Shown here: positions 8,679 to 16,405 of the stretch, in pieces
Position numbering within the stretch: position 1 is the stretch's first letter
Layout of the letters: each line of letters starts with the position of its first letter
From: a virus
Reading direction: 5' to 3' (one strand)
Length of the DNA stretch: 64,000 nucleotides
Virus record (IMG/VR): IMGVR_UViG_3300027987_000212
Span: 1-64,000 of that record
The notes under the pieces: model-generated
The model's input: only the letters and a program-made list of their open reading frames with translations
Databases searched by the model: none
Told to the model about the DNA's origin: nothing
Position numbers and translations under genes: made by a program

Positions 8679-9471
8679 TACCACAGCTGACCAACTACGA
8701 GCATTCTGCAGCTGCGAACGCTGCGAAGGCAGTGGGTCGGGTACATCCTACGACGACCAGGGTATGCCATTCGCAGTACCGTGTACAGCATGCGGCGAGT
8801 CAGGCATCAGTGAGCACAAGCGTGCGCAGCTACTCGAGCTGATTCGACAAGGCAACTTTGCTGCATGGCATACGGGCCACACCCTAGGACTGAGGGACGC
8901 CCACTACCCGCGGAACACGTGGGCAGTGAACCCATTCATGCTATCTCCCGCACAAGTTGACGCAATGGCCGCATCAATTGCAAAAGGCCTCCGGGCAGCC
9001 AACATCACCTTAGGTCCCCCCGAGCAACAGGACAACACTGTCATACGGAACGTAACCATCACACCACACATTGCCCCCGAGCACATCGTGTTGACTTGCA
9101 CTGGCGAAGCCGCTTCTTGGTGCCCCATTCACGGCGACTGCTCTTGCCCGACCAACGGGCAAGGCGAGCGCCTCAGCTACTCCGACAAGTGCTTGTTGCA
9201 CTCTTCGTACAGTGAGCACAACCGAAGTACCGAGGCAGCCAGTCAATCCGCTCCTGACGAAGCTACCCTCGCCGCTGTGCCCGGTGCATACGCCGTACGC
9301 ACCCCAGGTAAGCCGACCGCCTATTACTACTGCCAACACCTAGCCAGAACGGGCAGACACGAGTGGTACCTTACGGAGAGGCGGTCGGTTGGTCCTGGGT
9401 GGGAAGCTGTGGAACGCTGCCGCTCTTGCGGGCACATCCGAACTAAGGACAATGTAGCGGAGAAAAGTTAA
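8671..9471 (+). CDS. Cys-rich protein with DnaJ-type CxxCxGxG Zn finger (start ATG 8671)
   Basis: CERCEGSG and CTACGESG, plus WCPIHGDCSC and C-terminal CRSCGH. Confidence 0.75.
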   Translation: MLDTTADQLRAFCSCERCEGSGSGTSYDDQGMPFAVPCTACGESGISEHKRAQLLELIRQGNFAAWHTGHTLGLRDAHYPRNTWAVNPFMLSPAQVDAMAASIAKGLRAANITLGPPEQQDNTVIRNVTITPHIAPEHIVLTCTGEAASWCPIHGDCSCPTNGQGERLSYSDKCLLHSSYSEHNRSTEAASQSAPDEATLAAVPGAYAVRTPGKPTAYYYCQHLARTGRHEWYLTERRSVGPGWEAVERCRSCGHIRTKDNVAEKS

Positions 9472-9474
9472 TGG
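9414..9474 (+). repeat. about 60-bp direct repeat, copy 1 (copy 2 at 10074-10133)
   Basis: ACGCTGCCGC..TGCGGGCACATC.GA.CTAAGGACAA.GTAG.GGAGAAAAGTTAATGG present twice, 660 nt apart, with one indel. Confidence 0.85.
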
Positions 9475-9680
9475 CTGCACTCACAGACGAGCCGGCACGT
9501 ATTCACTGCCCTTGCCCGTACATTCACTACCGATGGCCCCCACCAGGCGAGTGCAAGGGCTGCCACGGTACCGGCATTGACCCAGGCAGGCGCGCCCAAC
9601 TGGAAGAGCTATTTCGTCGGAGCAACTTCAACGCATGGGCGGGCTGTCGGTCTGGCGCTACCAGAGAGGGAGTGAGTTGA
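9471..9680 (+). CDS. small Zn-finger protein paralogous to the N-terminus of gene 8671
   Basis: CKGCHGTGI...RRAQLEELFRRSNFNAW versus CTACGESGI...KRAQLLELIRQGNFAAW. Confidence 0.75.
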   Translation: MAALTDEPARIHCPCPYIHYRWPPPGECKGCHGTGIDPGRRAQLEELFRRSNFNAWAGCRSGATREGVS

Positions 9681-9946
9681 TGACTGACAACACCTACGGC
9701 GCGCGACTCCGCAAACAGCGCCAGCTTGCCGGCGTGACGAAAAAAGAACTTGCGCCGATTCTGAAGTGCGGCCCAGCTCGCGTTGCCGAGATTGAACGCG
9801 GTGAGATAGGCGCGTTCAATTTCGCTTGGACCAAACTCGTCGCCGACTACCTCGGCTGCGATGTGCGCGACATCTTGCCAGAGCCCGAGCCGCCGAGGCC
9901 GCGGTTTTGCGGGTACTGCGGGGCGGAGTTCAAGGAGCACAAATGA
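9680..9946 (+). CDS. XRE-family HTH regulator with C-terminal CxxC (start ATG 9680, 88 aa)
   Basis: YGARLRKQRQLAGVTKKELAPILKCGPARVAEIERG...LVADYLGCDVRDIL; RFCGYCG. Confidence 0.8.
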   Translation: MTDNTYGARLRKQRQLAGVTKKELAPILKCGPARVAEIERGEIGAFNFAWTKLVADYLGCDVRDILPEPEPPRPRFCGYCGAEFKEHK

Positions 9947-10116
9947 CCGGGTCAAGACAGAGCAAAGAAGGGCATCCCTCGCTGATTGCCGTCAATACTA
10001 CCGCGCAACCACCCTGCCCGCACCTTGCTAAGTATGGAAAGCATGACTGGTTCTCCGCAGCTATTGGAGGCACACGCTGCCGCATCTGCGGGCACATCGA
10101 CCTAAGGACAACGTAG
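9943..10116 (+). CDS. small Cys/His protein (57 aa)
   Basis: ATG 9943 with AAGGAG RBS; CPH...HDW...CRICGH. Confidence 0.6.
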   Translation: MTGSRQSKEGHPSLIAVNTTAQPPCPHLAKYGKHDWFSAAIGGTRCRICGHIDLRTT

Positions 10117-10133
10117 AGGAGAAAAGTTAATGG
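10074..10133 (+). repeat. about 60-bp direct repeat, copy 2
   Basis: Degenerate copy of 9414-9474. Confidence 0.85.
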
Positions 10134-10170
10134 GCATAAGATACTTACACCATCTATCGGGTCAGACAAC

Positions 10171-10281
10171 ATGAACCTACTTCACTGGTGGCGCGGTCTG
10201 CGGCACTTTCGCTTCTTCCTCCTAATCCCTGGTGGATTCATCCTAGCCGCGGCTGTTCTGTGGCTCTCTGGAGTTCGCTGA
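10171..10281 (+). CDS. possible 36-aa membrane peptide
   Basis: MNLLHWWRGLRHFRFFLLIPGGFILAAAVLWLSGVR; one TM-like segment, no clear RBS. Confidence 0.35.
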   Translation: MNLLHWWRGLRHFRFFLLIPGGFILAAAVLWLSGVR

Positions 10282-10618
10282 GTCTCATGGACTTGTTCAC
10301 CTGGGGCTGCGTTTCAATACGGACGAACGTAGCCCAGTCTACGCCCATCGCTGGGTACTAAGCATTGGGTGGGGCTACTTTTGTGCAACTCCCGAGAACT
10401 ACGACGGCACGTGGAGTAAGTACCATCAAAACGTCGGAGTCGGGTTCTCCGAGTTCTGGGAGGGGGATTCAGCCACGTCTACTACGACGGGCCGCACTGC
10501 AGTCTTTGCCTAGGCTGGTTCCGCATCGCTTGGGCGGGCAATCCGTTTACGGGACAGTGCGAGAAGTGCCTAAGTGGTAGGTACTAGCAACTGGTAGCTA
10601 AGAAGAGCCACGTGGGCT

Positions 10619-10900
10619 CTAGGGGCCTCGATTACTCGAGGTCTTCGCGCCTACTGCTCGCTGCACCAGCGCAACTACTTCCCTCGCTAGTACTTTAGGG
10701 TCGCGATTGAAGTCAGCGGGTTCTATCTCCACCTCGTTGTTGCTGTCCTCTACCCGGGTCTGGTGTGGCTTTAGCTCAGAAGTAGTCTCCGCAGCTTTGA
10801 CTAGTAGCTGCAAGCAGGGGCCGAACGTGCGTCGCACACCCACCAGCTTACTGGATGCGCCGAATGAAGCCCCACTGAACCATAGGCCGAAGTTACTCAA
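10619..10900 (-). CDS. hypothetical protein, start uncertain (TTG 10900 used)
   Basis: Open frame downstream of AAGGAG at 10923-10928; contains LLVKAAE, resembling the K-x-A motif of the upstream head-operon proteins. Confidence 0.35.
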   Translation of the reverse strand: MSNFGLWFSGASFGASSKLVGVRRTFGPCLQLLVKAAETTSELKPHQTRVEDSNNEVEIEPADFNRDPKVLAREVVALVQRAVGAKTSSNRGP

Positions 10901-10904
10901 AATC

Positions 10905-11085
10905 GACCGGGGCGCGACGGAACTCCTTTCGCCGCCGACATAGGAGGCGACAGTACAACCCCGCAAAGGCCGACGCCCCGTCAGAGCAGGGCATCGGGAC
11001 AACCACAGCCTGCAGATTACGGCCTGCGTCAGGTACGGGAGTAACCCCTGCGCAGAATCCGCAGGGCGGGTCGTAGTCAGAAACC
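10905..11085 (-). ncRNA. candidate multibranch structured RNA
   Basis: Hairpins CCCUGCG/CGCAGGG, CCGAUGCCC/GGGCGUCGG and CUCCU/AGGAG, with a closing helix UACGACCC/GGGUUGUA; G-U wobbles favour the - strand. Confidence 0.35.
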
Positions 11086-11089
11086 TAGC

Positions 11090-11767
11090 TCACTCGCGTA
11101 TCTCTGCCATGCCTTTCTTCAGAGGAAGTTGGTAGCCAATGAATGGCACGCCAAGTTGTTCATTGGGAACCCAGTCTCGCAAGAACTCTGTAGGGTACTC
11201 ACCGGGAGTAGCGTCTCGCGCAAGTTCAGGCCCCCCATGCTGCTTTCGCCACTTCGCGTAGGCCCTCGGAGCAGTGCGGGCTTCCCTTGCCTGAAACTGA
11301 ACACCCGGCATCTTAGCCCACACATGCTTACCCTGTTCATCTGCTTGAGCTCTGAGCTTAGTGGCCCCCAGTTCTGCTGACGCACCTACGAGTGCCTTGA
11401 ACATCGCTGACCCGATGCCCCGCGCACGCATCTCGGGTCGAAGGTACATGGCGTCGCCTTCCACTGTGTACTTCCCCGATAGCCCTTTGTGGAAAGAAGC
11501 ATCTCCGGTACCGTAGGAGAAACCGTTTCGTGTGAAGATGTTCTTGCCCTCACGGTTCTTGGCACTGATGCGCACATCTGGGGCACCAAGACCAAACCAA
11601 GTAGGGACCGCCTTTACCTTCACACCCTGCAAGTCTGGGTGCAGCGCATCCGTGAAGTACTTGTCGAAAACGCGTTGAGTTTCTTGCACCCGTTCTGAGC
11701 GTTTGACGTCAGAGAGCCCACCTAGCTTGGCGACACCCTCTACGAATGCGCGAAAACTAGGGCGCAC
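11090..11767 (-). CDS. GNAT-family acetyltransferase-like protein
   Basis: YLRPEMRARGIGSAMF fits the acetyl-CoA-binding R/QxxGxG motif, followed by A...GK.VW. Confidence 0.65.
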   Translation of the reverse strand: MRPSFRAFVEGVAKLGGLSDVKRSERVQETQRVFDKYFTDALHPDLQGVKVKAVPTWFGLGAPDVRISAKNREGKNIFTRNGFSYGTGDASFHKGLSGKYTVEGDAMYLRPEMRARGIGSAMFKALVGASAELGATKLRAQADEQGKHVWAKMPGVQFQAREARTAPRAYAKWRKQHGGPELARDATPGEYPTEFLRDWVPNEQLGVPFIGYQLPLKKGMAEIRE

Positions 11768-11773
11768 TCGAAC

Positions 11774-14497
11774 TCACTGCTCCTGAAACGCTAGTGACTT
11801 CAAGCCAGCGAGGGTCTGCTCCGTGCACTTCACCGCACGCTCGAGAGCAGAGACCGGAATCGAGGACTGCCCCAAGCGCGCCGCCAAGAGCAACTCACAC
11901 ATCTTGCGCTGTGCCCCCTCGATTTCGGGCAAGTACGATACGAAGGTGCTGAGGTTCTCGGGGCTGAGGAACCCGAGGGACAGCACGGTGTCGACCGCCG
12001 TCGGGTCGGTGAGCACTGCGGCCTCTTTCCACAGGTTGGTACGTAGGGCCTGCGCCAATTCCACGTTCTGCCGTGCGTGCTCCATCACCGATGCACGCTG
12101 CTCCTCGAGCGGGATGATGCAGCGGGCGACCTTGATGGTCGTCGGCTTCTTGTCGACTATCGACCGCGCAAGCTTCTCGACCCCGTAGTCCCGGGGTACC
12201 CCGAGCGCACCGAGTAGGAACAGGGCTCCGTCGATGTTCGTGAACTCCCGCTCGGCCGCCGCCACCTTGGCCACCGGAGTCCCTTCGAAGCTGAACTGCC
12301 CCGAGCTGTCTCCCCGCACTACGACTTGAGCTTCCTTCTCCGGCATGGGCTCTGGCGTCTCCATGCTCTGCAGCGCTACAGCCTCAGTCCCCTCAGTTGA
12401 GGACCACTGCCAGTTCTCCGGAATCAACAACATTTCACCGTTGCCGATGACGTGCTGCACCCCGGGTTGCTTCGAGACGAGGGCCTGCCGACCATCGAAG
12501 ACCTCCGCCACGAACTGCTGCGGCTCTGCCACGTCGCCGGTGGGCGCCGGTGTCATGGAGCCCGTGATGGTCATCGGTACCGTTGCCTGCATCGTACCGT
12601 CCGCCCCAGGGCCGAAGAAGAACCCCGCACCCTCGAGTCGGGTACTGACCGGCAACTGCGTCGTCTGCCGCATGCGCTGTCCCACGATGTCGGCCTGGAT
12701 GGCCGTCCGCTCCCCATTGGTGAAGAGGGCCAGGGGAACCTGCTCGCCCGTGACATCCCACAAGTCCGGAATGACCACGCCAACGAGCGCTTCCCCGTCA
12801 TCCGTCTGCACCTGGTAGCTGCCAGCCACGTCGACCGGCGTCGGCAAGACCTGCGGAGCATCCCCGACGCCCTCCACCTCGTCGGCCATCGTCGCCGAGC
12901 CGGATGCGTCCGCCGCCAGGACGACCTTCTCTCCGAAGCGCAGGAGCGCCTCCTTGCGCGATAGGCGCTCCTCCCGTGGGTCCCAGCAAGCTGCATTGGC
13001 ACTCTTCACCAGGAACTCCGCAGAGCTCAGACGAACGAGCTGAGTCACCGACGGTGGCAACAGCGCCGCAAGCGTGGAAGCCACCTTCTCCGTAGGGATG
13101 GGGGTCACGTTGAGCACCACGCGCATCGCCGGTAGCAACGCGGTCGCATTCTTCTGCAATGCCGCCTCGTTGTCCCGTACGAATTGGTGGAACTCCTCAC
13201 AAGCGCGCACCCCCAGTGTCGGTGCGATGGCCTCGAGCAGCCGCCCGCCGCCGGAGGCATGCTTGGCGATGAACTCGTCGAGCAGCCCCGGGGCGTACCC
13301 ACCAGAGGCCTCCTTTTTGCCCCAGCGTCCCTCCCGCAGGTGCTGCGCCGTCTCTTCGAGTGCCTGCTCCGACGCCGTCTTCTCCCGACGCAATGCGCCC
13401 GCCAAGCCCCCGACCGCCGCTCCCCCAAGCGAACCGGCCAAACCACCCTTGTAGGCTGCGTCCAATCGATGCCCCCTGGGAGCCAACGCCGCCCCAGCCA
13501 ACGAACCGAGCACGTTTCCAGTACCACTACCTGTGAGCGCTCCGGTGAAGCCCTTCTGCACCCGAGACTCCTCCGCTACCTTCAAGGCCTCGAGCCCCGC
13601 AGTGAACCGCGCCGACGCGTCCTTGGCCAACGCCGCCCCACCTGCAGCGCCTACCGCAGTACCACCGACGGCACCACCCGCCACATGCCGTGCACGCCGA
13701 ACCGCATCTCGCTCCGCAGTGGCCTTGCCCGCAAACTCACGTGCCTTGCCGACATGTGCATCATGCGTCTTCGCGAAGAACTCTGGGCTGTTGAAGTGTT
13801 TTTGGTGCTTTGCCGTAGTCTCTGCCGCACGGTCGAACTTAGTAGCTGCACGTTCCAGTGTCCGAACCTTGCTCCCGCTGAGCAACTCCGCCCCGCGACG
13901 AGCTCCATGAGCAACAGTCTGAGCAAGGTTCGCCTCTTTGGCTAACCAATGCTCGAGTGCAGACCCCTCCTTTCCCATGCCGACATTGGTCATCACGCCA
14001 CCACCGCCAAAGCCCATGTTCTGGCGGTATGGAGGGTAGAGCTGTCCAATCATCGACATGTCGCCCGGCGTCATGCCTGTGACATCGAACATGGTGGGGC
14101 GAAACAAGGCCTCACGAAGACGCTCTTCCGTCAACGGCAGCATCGTTGAATCAACCGTAACGAGAATGTCGAATGGCATCAACTTACCATCACTGATGAC
14201 CACCGGAAGTCGCACGGTCTGAATACCAGCCGCCTGCAGCGCGTCGGGACTCGTACCTAGTTGTGCCTCAGTCTGGTTGCTGACCTCGACTGCGCCGAAG
14301 CCGTACCCTTGTTCACCATCCACGCGTTCCATGACCACATGCGGCGTGAAGTCCGAAATGTAAGGAACTTGCTTGTACAGCTCCTGCAGAATCTCTTGCG
14401 GCCAAGAGTTGGGGTCTTCTGGCAGAGCTACTTCCGCAGCAGTCTTCTCGAAAACCAACTCGGGCGGCGTGAGGAACAGCGGTTCATGGTGTTGCAT
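11774..14497 (-). CDS. large probable head/virion protein with many K-x-A motifs and glycine-zipper inserts
   Basis: 907 aa; EKTAA, AKEAN, AKDAS, EKTAS, KKEAS, AKHAS, EKVAS, EKEAQ, WKEAA; two GxxxG-rich segments; AGGAG RBS. Confidence 0.7.
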   Translation of the reverse strand: MQHHEPLFLTPPELVFEKTAAEVALPEDPNSWPQEILQELYKQVPYISDFTPHVVMERVDGEQGYGFGAVEVSNQTEAQLGTSPDALQAAGIQTVRLPVVISDGKLMPFDILVTVDSTMLPLTEERLREALFRPTMFDVTGMTPGDMSMIGQLYPPYRQNMGFGGGGVMTNVGMGKEGSALEHWLAKEANLAQTVAHGARRGAELLSGSKVRTLERAATKFDRAAETTAKHQKHFNSPEFFAKTHDAHVGKAREFAGKATAERDAVRRARHVAGGAVGGTAVGAAGGAALAKDASARFTAGLEALKVAEESRVQKGFTGALTGSGTGNVLGSLAGAALAPRGHRLDAAYKGGLAGSLGGAAVGGLAGALRREKTASEQALEETAQHLREGRWGKKEASGGYAPGLLDEFIAKHASGGGRLLEAIAPTLGVRACEEFHQFVRDNEAALQKNATALLPAMRVVLNVTPIPTEKVASTLAALLPPSVTQLVRLSSAEFLVKSANAACWDPREERLSRKEALLRFGEKVVLAADASGSATMADEVEGVGDAPQVLPTPVDVAGSYQVQTDDGEALVGVVIPDLWDVTGEQVPLALFTNGERTAIQADIVGQRMRQTTQLPVSTRLEGAGFFFGPGADGTMQATVPMTITGSMTPAPTGDVAEPQQFVAEVFDGRQALVSKQPGVQHVIGNGEMLLIPENWQWSSTEGTEAVALQSMETPEPMPEKEAQVVVRGDSSGQFSFEGTPVAKVAAAEREFTNIDGALFLLGALGVPRDYGVEKLARSIVDKKPTTIKVARCIIPLEEQRASVMEHARQNVELAQALRTNLWKEAAVLTDPTAVDTVLSLGFLSPENLSTFVSYLPEIEGAQRKMCELLLAARLGQSSIPVSALERAVKCTEQTLAGLKSLAFQEQ

Positions 14498-14505
14498 GCA
14501 AACTC

Positions 14506-15153
14506 CTATGTCGTAAGGATAATCCCCATTGCTCCGTATACTGAAGCACCCTTGGTTACTAGGATGACTCCCGAGGCAGGTTCAGCTGGTCCAATACTGT
14601 TGCCTCCGTAGGAGATACCTGAGGAGAACTTGGAGGCAACCAACGCACCAATCGAAGAGAGCGGGGTGTTGTCTGTGATGCCATCGAACGAGAGAGCAAT
14701 CGCGGGACCTGCGCTCAAAGCCGTCGCAAAGCCTGTGACTGCTTGGATTGCGGGGGCTTTGACCGCTACAGCTGCGGCAATGAGCCCCTTCAACACACCA
14801 AGTTTGGCAGAGAGCGCACCAGCAAGTGCAGCTTGTGCACTAATTTGACTCGAAAGGGTCAGTTGTACCGGTGGCAGGGAGAGTGCCGCTTGCAACGAGG
14901 CTTGAAGTAGCCCGATGGAAGCCAGCGCAGCTTGCAGCGCAGCCAAGGGATTTCCTACTTGAAGTGCGAGGTTCGCTTGAAGGGTCAACGCAGAATTGAA
15001 CTGGATACCCAGGTCCACCTGCGCATTACCTAGACCTACACCAACAAGTGCATCGAGTTGTGCACTCAGGGGACCCACAAAGCCAACACTTGCCGCAGCT
15101 GCGACGTTCAGAGAACCCAGAGTTCCGCCTGCAACTTCTGTAACTGCAGCCAT
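14506..15153 (-). CDS. Ala/Leu/Gly-rich charge-poor virion protein
   Basis: 215 aa, no R/H/C/W, directly downstream of the spike-like gene. Confidence 0.75.
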   Translation of the reverse strand: MAAVTEVAGGTLGSLNVAAAASVGFVGPLSAQLDALVGVGLGNAQVDLGIQFNSALTLQANLALQVGNPLAALQAALASIGLLQASLQAALSLPPVQLTLSSQISAQAALAGALSAKLGVLKGLIAAAVAVKAPAIQAVTGFATALSAGPAIALSFDGITDNTPLSSIGALVASKFSSGISYGGNSIGPAEPASGVILVTKGASVYGAMGIILTT

Positions 15154-15154
15154 T

Positions 15155-16405
15155 TCAACCTAAAAGCGTGGGGATACCAGTAGACACCGTACCAGTAACG
15201 ATGGGCGCTGCAACCAGCGTTGCAACTACCGGCGCAGTAGCCGGGGGCACAATCATCGACCACGTCGTTCCCGGCACCAATGTCACGTTCACCTGAGACC
15301 CTACTGTGGCAACTGGGTTCTTGCCGCCGTTGAACGTAATCACCCCACCAACCAGCTCGAGTGCGGATGTAGCTTGTATGCGGCCCGTCCCTGAGAAGTT
15401 GAGCGTGAAGTTCTTCCCGAGGACCTCCATGTCCTCCTTCAGTCGAACGCGCAGCTTCTTGGCATTCAAGTACAGAGTGCCGACCATCCGACTCATGAAG
15501 TTGCCGTCTTTGTCGAAGAAGTAGCGCAGCTTTGTAGCTGCCTTGGTCCCCGACTCGAGCGCGCCCGTTCCCGCGTGGATACTCTCGGGTGCCACAAGCA
15601 CCTCACACACGATGGTATCGTCACTGAACCCCAGTTGGGAGAGGTCACTCCCACTCTCCCCGTCCTCTTTGATGACGTCGGTTACTTTGCCGCAGCTCAC
15701 ACGCACTGTAGCCTTCTCCTGGTCCGACAGAATGCGAAAAGTCTGTCGCCACGTGTTAGCAGGATTCGTCTCCGACTCACTCACGTTGACGAACCAGTTG
15801 ATGGAACCGCCTGCGTTGTGGTGCTCGTAGTTCTGCGAGACGTCCGTGATGATGTTCTCGAGCCCGATGTAGAGCCGTTGCGCAAGCTCAGATGCCCCAA
15901 TCTGCAGCACCCCACCACGGTGTAGTACTACGAAGTTGCCGTCACGGCCGCGCATGTAGATGTCGCCAGGCTTGGCGCGCACGCGCCCACCCGCGTATGT
16001 CGAGGTCCCCGTGTACCGGGTAGTGTTGCCCTCTACGCCCGACGGCGTTTCTTCACTTGTCGTATCTGGGATTGCTTCTTGGGGAGAGATGAAGCTGAGC
16101 ACGAAGGGAGCACTACCATCACCGGGGATGCACACCATACACTTTGCGCCCAAGTCTGGGAAAGCGTAGACCCCCTCACCACGGTTGTAATGGAAGTAGG
16201 AACTGCCGCATTGGATGCCGAAGAACCGCTTTTGGTCGAACTTGCTGATGACATCTACTGTCCAAGTGCTGAGGTTGTGGTCAATGATGATGCCCTCGAA
16301 TACGAACGGGGCCGCCATGCCTTCTGGGGTAAAGAACGACGAGCGGAACGACGACCGCATCATCGGGTCGGCGTTGGCGTAGGTGCGTACTCCAGGCAGC
16401 GGCAT
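15155..16405 (-). CDS. baseplate central spike-like protein (gp5/VgrG/Gp138-type OB fold plus beta repeats)
   Basis: N-terminal FEGIIID...TVDV...PDLGAKCMVC...PFVLSF OB-fold pattern; PGDIYMRGRDGNFVVLHRGG beta-strand repeats; tapering C-terminus. Confidence 0.55.
   Translation of the reverse strand: MPLPGVRTYANADPMMRSSFRSSFFTPEGMAAPFVFEGIIIDHNLSTWTVDVISKFDQKRFFGIQCGSSYFHYNRGEGVYAFPDLGAKCMVCIPGDGSAPFVLSFISPQEAIPDTTSEETPSGVEGNTTRYTGTSTYAGGRVRAKPGDIYMRGRDGNFVVLHRGGVLQIGASELAQRLYIGLENIITDVSQNYEHHNAGGSINWFVNVSESETNPANTWRQTFRILSDQEKATVRVSCGKVTDVIKEDGESGSDLSQLGFSDDTIVCEVLVAPESIHAGTGALESGTKAATKLRYFFDKDGNFMSRMVGTLYLNAKKLRVRLKEDMEVLGKNFTLNFSGTGRIQATSALELVGGVITFNGGKNPVATVGSQVNVTLVPGTTWSMIVPPATAPVVATLVAAPIVTGTVSTGIPTLLG

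Noticed and set aside
10600-11090. tRNA or tmRNA in the largest non-coding gap
   Set aside because: No T-loop GTTCGA/cloverleaf or tmRNA ends found
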